DNA from: Xanthobacteraceae bacterium
GTDB lineage: Bacteria > Pseudomonadota > Alphaproteobacteria > Rhizobiales > Xanthobacteraceae
DNA length: 32,144 bases
Assembly (NCBI GenBank): GCA_030039105.1
Contig: JASHQO010000534.1
Span: forward strand, 1-32,144
Direction: 5' to 3'
This document shows, one piece after another, positions 15,373-23,307 of this stretch; position 1 is the first letter of the stretch, and every line of letters starts with the position of its first letter. Position numbers and translations under genes: made by a program. The notes under the pieces are model-generated. The model made no database searches. It was not told the origin of the DNA and saw nothing but the letters and a program-made list of their open reading frames with translations.

Positions 15373-16365
15373 ATGCGTTGGGTCGTGACCGGCGGCTGTG
15401 GCTTCATCGGCAGAACCTTCGTCCGCCTGCTGCTGGCGCGCAGTAACGACACGATCCGCGTCATTGATGACCTTTCGGTCGGCAGCCGCGCCGAGCTCGA
15501 GCAAATAGGGCCGGTGGCGGCACTCGATCCCGCGACGCTGCAGACCGCCGCGACCGACGCCACCGGGTGCCGTATCGAGCTTGTCGCCGGCGACATTCGC
15601 GACGTTGCATTGGCGCGCCGGGTCGTCGCCGGCGCCGACGCCGTCATCCATCTCGCGGCCAATACCGGAGTCGGTCCTTCGGTCGCCGATCCGATGGCCG
15701 ACTGCACCGCCAACGTGCTCGGCACCCTCAATTATCTCGAAGCCTGCCGTCACGGCGGCGTCGGGCGTTTCGTGTTCGCCTCGAGCGGCGCGCCGATCGG
15801 CGATTGCGAACCGCCGATCCATGAGGAGCTCGCGCCGCATCCGGTGTCGCCCTATGGCGCCAGCAAGCTCGCCGGCGAGGCCTATTGCTCGGCCTACAAG
15901 CGTAGCTTCGGCATCGACACCGTCGCGCTCCGCTTCGGCAATTGCTACGGGCCATTGTCGAGCCACAAAGGCAGCGTGGTCGCCAAGTTCATTCGCGAGG
16001 CGCTCGCCGGGCAGGCCTGGGAAATCTACGGCGATGGCGCCCAGACCCGCGATTTCATCTATGTGGACGATATCGCCGAGGCAATCTTCCGCGCCGCCAC
16101 CGCACCCGGTGTCGGCGGCGAAATCTTTCAGATCGCAACCAACGTCGAAACCACGGTTTCGGAGCTTGCCGAGATGCTGCGCACGACGCTCGAGCGCAAC
16201 GGCGTCCCGACCCGCGGCATCCGCCACGCCGCGCCGCGAATCGGCGACGTCAAGCGCAATTATTCAGACACGCGCAAGGCCCGCGATCGCCTGGGCTGGA
16301 GCGCGCGCGTCAGCCTGGCGGACGGGCTCGATCGCACGGTGAAGTGGTTTCTGCGGCGCGCCTGA
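15373..16365 (+). CDS. NAD-dependent epimerase/dehydratase family SDR (GalE-like)
   Basis: ATG 15373 gives MRWVVTGGCGFIGRTF. The track start, GTG 15361, would overlap sqdB by 10 nt. Motifs: HLAANTG, FASSGAPIG, YGASKLAGE, LRFGNCYGP. Confidence 0.8.
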   Translation: MRWVVTGGCGFIGRTFVRLLLARSNDTIRVIDDLSVGSRAELEQIGPVAALDPATLQTAATDATGCRIELVAGDIRDVALARRVVAGADAVIHLAANTGVGPSVADPMADCTANVLGTLNYLEACRHGGVGRFVFASSGAPIGDCEPPIHEELAPHPVSPYGASKLAGEAYCSAYKRSFGIDTVALRFGNCYGPLSSHKGSVVAKFIREALAGQAWEIYGDGAQTRDFIYVDDIAEAIFRAATAPGVGGEIFQIATNVETTVSELAEMLRTTLERNGVPTRGIRHAAPRIGDVKRNYSDTRKARDRLGWSARVSLADGLDRTVKWFLRRA

Positions 16366-16379
16366 CGCAAACCGCGTGC

Positions 16380-17828
16380 CTAATCGAGGCGCTGGGCCTC
16401 GATGCCGCCGAGCAGCACGCCGAGCTTGCCGTCGCCATCGAACAGATAGTCGATGCCCTTGATCGGACGGATGGCGATCAAGAATTCGCCGTCTGCGGTC
16501 GGTAGATCGATCCACACTTTCTGCCACGCGCCGGAATGCTGCTCGATGTCCCGCTCCGTGACGCCGGACGATTTCAAGATCTGGTGACTCTCGAGATCGA
16601 AGATGGCGTCGCCGGAGTCGGACGGCTGTTTGCTGTCGGGGCGGTCGAACGCGGCAAGGTTGGCGTTACCGCCGGCCACCGGCTTGACCCAAGCCGCGAT
16701 GCGGTATGTCCGACCTTTGTCGAGGCCCGACAGACGGATGGACAACGTGTGAGCCATGCTGTCAGGCGTTGCGATCAAGCGTAACACCGGTTGACCGGCG
16801 ATGGCGGCGTCGGCATTGACGGCGTGCGCGTTCAAGCCGCGCAACGTCACCCAGCGAAAATTCGCCACGCCCGGCTCCGGCAATGCGGAGAGCGGCGTGG
16901 CTTGCGTGAGCGGTGGAGCATTCCGCCCCCCGACGGCCAGCGGCGGCGCCGCGCTTAGCGTCTCGCCCGGCACAGTCGAGCCGGCGCCGCGGATCCAATC
17001 GATGATCTTGTCGGTCAGTACCTCGTCGAGGCCGGCCAACCGGTGCGGGGCTTGCGTATTGCAACTGCCCTCGGCGTAAGCGAATGGGTCGTGCAGCACC
17101 TGTGCGCTGCCGCCGGTCACGGCGATCGACCGGAAATTCGCCGTTTTGGCGGCGGCGGCCGCCTGTCTGATCCGTTCGACGTCCGGCGCCGAGCAGGCAT
17201 CGGCTTGGTGGGCGACGACGAGTACCGGCATGCGGCCGACGGCGAGCCTCAGGCCATCGATCAGCAGCGTGCTGTTCGGCCCCGGCTCTTCCAGAACCGG
17301 CGAGACTAGGACCAACCCGGCGATCAAATCCGCCTTGCCGCGGGCAATTGCGTTGAGCGCCGATGTCGCGCCGGTGTCGTAGGCCACGATCCAGACCCTC
17401 GGCGCCGTGCCGTGCAAATGGTTCGACAGCGCCGACAGATCGTCAGCCTGCAGCGCCGATGTGCGAAATCCGGTGAGCGATACCGGCGGCTTGTGGTCGG
17501 CGGCCACGTCCGGAACGAGCGTCGCAATGCCGCGATCGAAATAATACCAGCGGCTACGGATGACGAAATCGTCTTCACCCCAGCCGATATGTCCTCGGCT
17601 GTCGAGATTGATGTTGCCGTGGCCGCCCGGCAGCATCATCACCGCGTCGAGCGGCTGATTTGCCTTCGTCAATAGGACGCGGACCGTCGTGTCGGGTCTG
17701 GTCGGCCAATTGTCAATCATCGAAGCGGCGCGAGCGCCGTCCGACGCTCCAGCCAATAGAGCTGCTGCGACGCCGGCGGCGACGAATACGCTTGCGCGGA
17801 ACAAGGCCATTGCCATTGCCATTGCCAT
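16380..17828 (-). CDS. Secreted protein: alpha/beta-hydrolase-fold-like N-terminal domain plus an unassigned ~160-aa C-terminal domain shared with 21568..22236
   Basis: The track ORF starts at GTG 17897. I prefer one of four tandem in-frame ATGs (17828, 17822, 17816, 17810), which give a Sec-like signal peptide MAMAMAMALFRASVFVAAGVAAALLAGASDGARA/AS. Hydrolase-like strand pattern: PRVWIVAYDTGATSALNAIA, GLVLVSP, MPVLVVAHQADACS, APHRLAG. The C-terminal domain is at nt 16383-16865. Confidence 0.6.
   Translation of the reverse strand: MAMAMAMALFRASVFVAAGVAAALLAGASDGARAASMIDNWPTRPDTTVRVLLTKANQPLDAVMMLPGGHGNINLDSRGHIGWGEDDFVIRSRWYYFDRGIATLVPDVAADHKPPVSLTGFRTSALQADDLSALSNHLHGTAPRVWIVAYDTGATSALNAIARGKADLIAGLVLVSPVLEEPGPNSTLLIDGLRLAVGRMPVLVVAHQADACSAPDVERIRQAAAAAKTANFRSIAVTGGSAQVLHDPFAYAEGSCNTQAPHRLAGLDEVLTDKIIDWIRGAGSTVPGETLSAAPPLAVGGRNAPPLTQATPLSALPEPGVANFRWVTLRGLNAHAVNADAAIAGQPVLRLIATPDSMAHTLSIRLSGLDKGRTYRIAAWVKPVAGGNANLAAFDRPDSKQPSDSGDAIFDLESHQILKSSGVTERDIEQHSGAWQKVWIDLPTADGEFLIAIRPIKGIDYLFDGDGKLGVLLGGIEAQRLD
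16383..16403. terminator. 8-bp hairpin at a convergent gene junction
   Basis: ATCGAGGC (16383-16390), loop gctgg, GCCTCGAT (16396-16403). It begins 18 nt after the + gene stop (16363-16365) and lies within the last codons of the - gene. No U-tract. Confidence 0.25.
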
Positions 17829-17832
17829 TGCC
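17806..17832. repeat. Hexanucleotide tandem repeat (GCCATT x4.5) encoding MAMAMAMA at a gene start
   Basis: Read directly as gccatt gccatt gccatt gccatt gcc. On the - strand this is ATGGCA repeated in frame, giving four consecutive potential start codons. Confidence 0.9.
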
Positions 17833-17964
17833 GAGGGATTTACCGCGACTGCCGAATAGTGCAATACCCGAGCCGCTGACGGCGTGTCTCCCGTCACGGC
17901 GCCGGCGCGAGCGATGGTCGAGGATTAGTCTGCAAACCGACACCTGATACCAGGATCGCCGACG

Positions 17965-19587
17965 GTGCCGTCTCCAGCGCAAGACTCTTGCACCACTACG
18001 CGACTGTCGCAGCCGCGCACGATGATCGTGATCTTCGCGCTCGCTGTCGCCTGTCTTTGCGCGCTGAACATGCTGCACGCCTACCGGCTCGGTCTGCAGT
18101 CGCGAATGTACGACAATCCGACATATCGCTGGCGCCAGAGTCTGGTGATCGCGCTGTCGCGCATGCAGCCGCAACCGCTGCATGGATATGTCGGCTATGG
18201 CTCGATTCTGACCTATCTGACCCGGCACGGCCTTGCGTTGATGAACGACGAAGACGGGCCGCGCCTCAGCCGCCAAGACCTTGCCGCCTTGGTCGCCGAC
18301 GGCGCGCAAATGGACCGTCTGATGAAAGAAGCGAGTGAGGTCTCGATCGATCCGACACTGCCTCCCGTCATATTGCAAGGCAATGAGCTCGGCCTCGTCG
18401 ACTACATGGACTGGGCGTTCAGGCTTTACGGTATCAGCACCAATGCGCTGACCCTGTTCTATTTCACGCTGCTTTTCATCTCCGTGGCGCTATTCGTCGC
18501 CACGTTCCGCCGCTGCCGGCTTTGTCTCTTGCTGCTGATGCTCTATCTCGCTGGACATTACTTCGCGCTCGATTATGCCCGATTCTTCGGAATTCTCACC
18601 GTTCACAACAGTCGCTTCTTGCCGGTGATCGCACTGGTGCCGTCGCTGTACCTCATCCTGCTGATGGCGACCAAGGCCGCGCCGAAGCCGGGCGTGTTGG
18701 CGATGGCTGCCGCCCAGACCTTCATCCTGATGTTCATCGTGTTCTGCCGGACTCAGACCTATTGGCAGATCGCGGCGATTGCGCTTGCTGCCGTCGTGGT
18801 CAGCGGGCTGCGGCCGATCCGACAGGCGGCGATGCAGCCGAGCCGCTGGCTTGCGGCACTCGCCGCAACGGTGCGGCAGACGTGGCCTGCTGCTCTCAGC
18901 GTGCTGGGTGTCGTCGCGCTGCTCGCCTATTCCCAGTTCGCGCCCGACGAAAGCCTGTACTCAAAGGAATCGAAAGAGCATTTGCTCTGGCATTCGCTGT
19001 TCGTCAGCACGGTCATGGACGATCCCGAATTGTACGCGATTTACGGTTATAACCTGCGCAGCGATGACCTCGGGTACACCGCGGTCCTTCACGATTTACG
19101 CGGCCGCAATGACGGGGCGTCACCGATTGCCGAAGTGTCCGACGGGGTGCTCAATATCGTCGTCTTCAAGAGCAACGGCGCCTATGACCTCGCGGTCCGC
19201 CGACTGTTTTTTCGCATGGTGCGGGAGCACCCGTGGCCGGTGTTGCGTTCGTTTCTGTTCGGCAAGTTTGAGCGGCAGCTCGAATCTTTTGGCGACGCCG
19301 ATCCGTTGTGGGCGCCGGGCAACTACATTGTTCCGATAGGGCTGGCGCTGGCCGTTTCGCTGCTGTCGTTGGCGCTCGGCGCCGCGGAGCAAGGGATGGT
19401 GGCGCGGCGATTTCTTTTCGTCGTTCTCGCCTGTTCGCTGATCACGACGCTGTTCGATCCGAGCCCGGTCATTGCCGATGTCGTGCTCACCTGGTTTGCC
19501 GCCATCATGCTGTGCGTGGTCTATCTGCCGTTGGTGGCGCTGTTTCGTGCTTGGCGCCGCCGGGCTCCGGCGCCCGCCGGTGTTTGA
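17965..19587 (+). CDS. Polytopic membrane protein, paralog B of the unassigned family
   Basis: 540 aa from GTG 17965; an alternative ATG at 18022 gives MIVIFALAV. It has the same architecture and colinear motifs as paralogs A and C: NELGLVDYMDWAFRLYG, NSRFLPVIALVP, CRTQTYWQI, EHLLWHSL, FFRMVREHPWPVLRSFLF. Confidence 0.8.
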   Translation: MPSPAQDSCTTTRLSQPRTMIVIFALAVACLCALNMLHAYRLGLQSRMYDNPTYRWRQSLVIALSRMQPQPLHGYVGYGSILTYLTRHGLALMNDEDGPRLSRQDLAALVADGAQMDRLMKEASEVSIDPTLPPVILQGNELGLVDYMDWAFRLYGISTNALTLFYFTLLFISVALFVATFRRCRLCLLLLMLYLAGHYFALDYARFFGILTVHNSRFLPVIALVPSLYLILLMATKAAPKPGVLAMAAAQTFILMFIVFCRTQTYWQIAAIALAAVVVSGLRPIRQAAMQPSRWLAALAATVRQTWPAALSVLGVVALLAYSQFAPDESLYSKESKEHLLWHSLFVSTVMDDPELYAIYGYNLRSDDLGYTAVLHDLRGRNDGASPIAEVSDGVLNIVVFKSNGAYDLAVRRLFFRMVREHPWPVLRSFLFGKFERQLESFGDADPLWAPGNYIVPIGLALAVSLLSLALGAAEQGMVARRFLFVVLACSLITTLFDPSPVIADVVLTWFAAIMLCVVYLPLVALFRAWRRRAPAPAGV

Positions 19588-19604
19588 CGGTGCATCAAGC
19601 ACCG
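19588..19604. terminator. Short hairpin at a convergent gene junction
   Basis: CGGTGC (19588-19593), loop atcaa, GCACCG (19599-19604). It sits immediately after TGA 19585-19587, with the - gene stop (19595-19597) in the loop. No U-tract. Confidence 0.2.
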
Positions 19605-20326
19605 AGACGGTATATCACATAGTCTGGTGCCTTTATTTGCAGCTTGAATTGCGTACGGGCGGCGATGACGCCGCCATGGACCGGATTGGCGTAGACGATC
19701 GCGCATCGACGCGGCGCGCGGGCGACCGAGGCGAGGATGCGTTTGAGCACGGTATCGAGCACCAAGGCGTCGAACGGATTGAAGAAGTAGAAGATGGCGG
19801 CATCGTCGGGGATATCGAAAGCGCGCACATCGGCATTGATGACGGACCATTCGGGAACTGTTTTATTCCGACGGTGATAAAAGTCGGTCATGTTGTGCCG
19901 CGCCATTGCGCACAGCGTCGGCGACAGTTCCACGCCGATGAGCCGGCGCAGAGGCAACTGCGACGCAAACAGCAGGGCGCGCCCGAGACCGCAGCCGAAG
20001 TCGACGAATACCGCGTCACGCAGGTCGACCTGGTCGTGCGACAGCGCCTCCTTCAGGACCAGGTAGCTGGATGGAAAGCAGTCGTTGGCGTGGTGCAACG
20101 CCTCGGGATCGCCATCAAGCTCACCGGCAGGAATGACGATGCCGGTTTTGACGCCGAATGTCGCGTCGTAATACAGCTCGTGACAGGTGATCCACATGGT
20201 GCGCCGGACGCCGCGCTTGCGCAGCGACGAAAAAAAGTGGCTTGCAAGCTTGAATCTTTTGGCAAGGCGCAACGCGAGCTCCACGGCAACGACCGTCGGC
20301 CGACTTCGGCTCCCAAGTCTGGACAT
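19595..20326 (-). CDS. Class I SAM-dependent methyltransferase
   Basis: The track ORF extends to 20473, which would overlap the divergent gene at 20416. ATG at 20326-20324 is preceded by GGAAGG. Motifs: VFVDFGCGLGRALLFAS (motif I), LIGVELSP, AAIFYFFNPF. Confidence 0.75.
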   Translation of the reverse strand: MSRLGSRSRPTVVAVELALRLAKRFKLASHFFSSLRKRGVRRTMWITCHELYYDATFGVKTGIVIPAGELDGDPEALHHANDCFPSSYLVLKEALSHDQVDLRDAVFVDFGCGLGRALLFASQLPLRRLIGVELSPTLCAMARHNMTDFYHRRNKTVPEWSVINADVRAFDIPDDAAIFYFFNPFDALVLDTVLKRILASVARAPRRCAIVYANPVHGGVIAARTQFKLQIKAPDYVIYRLGA

Positions 20327-20415
20327 TGCCTTCCGGCAAGGCAAGCCAGCACCCTTTGGCGGCCTGCCGCCTTGCCGTATAATAGCTGTGCGGCAACTGA
20401 TTTGTTTTCCAAAAT

Positions 20416-21528
20416 GTGCCCGATCCGCTTCGAAGCGACGTGCTGACCCCGGCGCCCAATTCACCACCCGCACACGCGGCCGGCGTTGGGCTGTTGCGTG
20501 TCCGCCAGGCGCAGCTAGGCGACATGGTCGCGTGGCAGAATTTCGTCGATGCCGCGCCTGACGCCGGCGCGTTGCATCACGCCGGCTGGCACCAGGTCCT
20601 GAACGACGCCTTCTGGGTGCAGCCGTATTTTCTCATGGCAGTGGATGGCCGCGACGCGGTGCAGGGCATCTTGCCGCTCTATTACAGCCGCTCGCCGATC
20701 ACCGGCGCTCACCTGTCCTCGCTCGAGGGCGGCGTGCTGGCGGCAGGGCGGGACGCGACGTTTGCACTGCTCGCTGAAGCCAAGGCGCTGCGCGACCGTC
20801 TCGGTGTTGGCTACCTGCAGATCCGCGGCGGCGCGGTCGACCGGCCTGCCGAACTGACCGTGCCCAAGATACATACCACCGTCGACACAACGAGGCCGGT
20901 CGAGGCGCTGTGGGCCGCGGTGAAGAAGAAGACCCGATGGGGCATCCGCCAGGCGCAGAAACAGGAATTGCGGGTCAGCCGCGACGCCGAGCTGGCCGGA
21001 CTCGACGGCTTCTATCGGACCTACGCCGCGCACATGCGCGCCCTCGGCAGCCCGGTCGTCGGCCTCGACGCTTTCCAAGCCATCCGGCTTCACCTCGGCT
21101 CGCAACGGCTGCGGCTTTACCTGGTCCACCACCGTCAACGGCTGATCGGCGGCATGCTGTGCATCCTCAATGGCAGCCGGTGGACGGACTATTATGCCGT
21201 CGTACGAACGACCGCGGAGGTCGAGTTTGCCAATTATCTGTTGTACTGGCACGTCGTGCGCGACGCCGCGCAAAGCGGTGCGAGCTGTCTCGATTTCGGG
21301 CGAAGCACGCCGGACAGCAATGTCCATCTGTTCAAGCGCAAGTGGGGCGGTCGCGACGTCGAGTTCCCCTATCACTTCTATGCCAATCCGGCGGTCAAGA
21401 TGCGCGACCCGGGGCTGCAGCGCATTCATAAGCAGCAGGGTACGGCGCGGCGCCTGTGGGCCCATCTGCCGCCGTCGCTGTGCAATTATCTCGGGCCGCT
21501 GCTGCGCAAGCAATTGCCGTTTATCTGA
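20416..21528 (+). CDS. FemAB-like / GNAT-fold (Acetyltransf_6-like) acyl- or aminoacyl-transferase
   Basis: 370 aa from GTG 20416; alternative starts are TTG 20494 and ATG 20524. The pattern matches FemAB-related proteins of EPS loci as I remember them: W..FV......HH.GW, ILPLYY, GYLQIRG, RWGIRQAQK, FYRTYAAHMRALGSPV, CLDFGRSTPDSNVHLFKRKWGG. Confidence 0.6.
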   Translation: MPDPLRSDVLTPAPNSPPAHAAGVGLLRVRQAQLGDMVAWQNFVDAAPDAGALHHAGWHQVLNDAFWVQPYFLMAVDGRDAVQGILPLYYSRSPITGAHLSSLEGGVLAAGRDATFALLAEAKALRDRLGVGYLQIRGGAVDRPAELTVPKIHTTVDTTRPVEALWAAVKKKTRWGIRQAQKQELRVSRDAELAGLDGFYRTYAAHMRALGSPVVGLDAFQAIRLHLGSQRLRLYLVHHRQRLIGGMLCILNGSRWTDYYAVVRTTAEVEFANYLLYWHVVRDAAQSGASCLDFGRSTPDSNVHLFKRKWGGRDVEFPYHFYANPAVKMRDPGLQRIHKQQGTARRLWAHLPPSLCNYLGPLLRKQLPFI

Positions 21529-21550
21529 TCGGCGCCGTGTTTCGCCTCGC

Positions 21551-21574
21551 CGGATGATTCTCAGCGGTCATCCG
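21551..21574. terminator. Short hairpin at a convergent gene junction
   Basis: CGGATGA (21551-21557), a 10-nt loop, TCATCCG (21568-21574). The right arm contains the - gene stop (21568-21570). No U-tract. Confidence 0.2.
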
Positions 21575-22236
21575 TGGCGTGGATCCATCTGAATACCGCC
21601 CAACATCACACCAAGTCTGCCGTCGCCGCGGAACGTATCTGTATTGCCTTTGGCCGGCCGGATTGCGACCAGGAACTCGCCATCGGCCGTTGCCAAGTCG
21701 AACCAAACCTTATGCCAATTGCTGGCACCGGGCTCGACGCCCTGGGCTCTGGCAGTATTCGCGGTCAGGAACTTGTTGTTCGAGAGGTCGGCTATGGCGA
21801 GGTAATGATTGATGGGATTGCCGGAGGGGTGGTCGAGCGCCTCGACTTCGACATTGCCGCCGGCTTCAGGTCTGACCCACGCGGTTATGCGATAGACTTG
21901 GTTCCTGTTGAGTTCGTGAAATTGGGCGACCAGGGAGTGCCCGGTGCTGTTCGGCGTGGCGAGAAGGCGCAAAACGGGTTGACCTGCGACGACCGCGCCT
22001 TCGTCGGCGACTTTGACATTCAACCCTCGTACTACGTACCATTCGAATGTCGACAGCTTGGGCAGGTCGGCGAGCGCGGTCTCTTGAGCGCCGTCGGATG
22101 CAGTCGGAATCGATCCGGTGAACAGGGGCTCCGCGTTCGGATCGCCGGACCATCGATCCAGGGCGAACAATGTCGCGTTGAACGAGAGGGCAACGACGGC
22201 CAGTCCCGCGATCGTATAAGCCAGCTTCGATAGCAT
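21568..22236 (-). CDS. Signal-anchored/secreted protein consisting almost entirely of the unassigned domain shared with 16380..17828
   Basis: 222 aa, with ATG at 22236. The N-terminal hydrophobic segment is LAYTIAGLAVVALSFNATLFAL. The rest aligns with the C-terminus of the 16380..17828 product: AGQPVLRLLATPNS, YRITAWVRPEAGGN, WHKVWFDLATADGEFLVAIRP, GDGRLGVMLGGI. Confidence 0.75.
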   Translation of the reverse strand: MLSKLAYTIAGLAVVALSFNATLFALDRWSGDPNAEPLFTGSIPTASDGAQETALADLPKLSTFEWYVVRGLNVKVADEGAVVAGQPVLRLLATPNSTGHSLVAQFHELNRNQVYRITAWVRPEAGGNVEVEALDHPSGNPINHYLAIADLSNNKFLTANTARAQGVEPGASNWHKVWFDLATADGEFLVAIRPAKGNTDTFRGDGRLGVMLGGIQMDPRHG

Positions 22237-22437
22237 GGTAGTCCCATCCCCTGATGCGACTAAGCTTGGCTACCTGAACCAATCGCTTGGGCGCCGACTT
22301 GGCGGCGCGCTCCGTGCAGCAGCTTCGTATCAGGCGATGTGTTAAGAATGCGTTAACCTTTACGGGTTGCAGCCGCTCGGCTTATTTGGACTTGTCTCCA
22401 TTCCGCTCAGCGACGCCGCACAATATCGAGTAACGCG

Positions 22438-23145
22438 ATGAAGTCCTGGTTGGATTTCTGGAATACGCCGAACGCGATCTTTGCCAGCCGTCGCCATCAA
22501 CTGGCGCATTCCGCCAAGGTTCTGTCAGGGGTCAGCCGCTTCGTGCCGACCGGTGGCAACGCGGTGGTGCTCGATTGGGGGTGTGGTGACGCGGTCGCAG
22601 CCAATGAGCTCGCGCAATCATGTCGAACGCTGCTGTTGTTCGAGCCGGCGGAAACCACGCGGAGCCGGCTTCTCGCCAACTATGCCGGTCGCCCGAAAAT
22701 CGACATTCTCGACGAAGCCGCGCTTGCCGCGGTGGCGTCCGCCTCGGTGGACCTGATCGTCGTCAATTCGGTGGTGCAATATCTCAGCCGGCAGCAATTC
22801 GTCGGCGCGTTGCGACTGTTCCACAGGCTTCTCAAAGGCGACGGCAAGCTCCTGCTCGGCGATATCATCGAGCCGGACACGCCAATGCTGGGCCACGTCA
22901 CGACCTTCCTGCGCTTTGCATGGCAGAATGGGTTCTTCCTGGCCGGTGTTGCCAGCCTGGCGCGCAACGCCACTTCGCCCTATTGCCAACTGCGTCGCAG
23001 CGCCGGCTACGCCTGTTACCGGGACACCGAGATACTGGCGCTGCTCGGCGACAATGGCTTCGTCGCCGAGCGGCTGCCGTCCAATATTGCTGTCAGCCAG
23101 TTGCGCCGTTCCTATCTGGCGCGCAAACGCGATGCCGGAGCCTGA
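22438..23145 (+). CDS. Class I SAM-dependent methyltransferase
   Basis: 235 aa. Motifs: VVLDWGCGDAVAANEL (motif I), LLLFEPA, DLIVVNSVVQYL, LKGDGKLLLGDI. Confidence 0.75.
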   Translation: MKSWLDFWNTPNAIFASRRHQLAHSAKVLSGVSRFVPTGGNAVVLDWGCGDAVAANELAQSCRTLLLFEPAETTRSRLLANYAGRPKIDILDEAALAAVASASVDLIVVNSVVQYLSRQQFVGALRLFHRLLKGDGKLLLGDIIEPDTPMLGHVTTFLRFAWQNGFFLAGVASLARNATSPYCQLRRSAGYACYRDTEILALLGDNGFVAERLPSNIAVSQLRRSYLARKRDAGA

Positions 23146-23307
23146 CACGGCTCGCTGTGAGGACTCCTTGTGACCGGCCGTCCTGCCGGCATTACATCGA
23201 AGGCCGAGGGTGTATCATCGCCCGTCAAAGCCGGACGATGATTCGGTCCGCTTCGCCGCGATCCAGGGTTGCCGGCGAGAACCCGTGCATGACGTCGACC
23301 TGATGCG

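Noticed and set aside
20327-20473. Longer start (20473) for the methyltransferase ORF
   Set aside because: It would overlap the divergent FemAB-like gene start. The internal ATG 20326 has a GGAAGG ribosome-binding site, and the extension carries no motifs.
23146-23307. 162-bp gap between the methyltransferase and the flippase as a possible small gene or sRNA
   Set aside because: It contains only weak 5-bp stems (CCGGC/GCCGG; CGGAC/GTCCG) and track ORFs that are frame shadows. Nothing there is supportable by eye.
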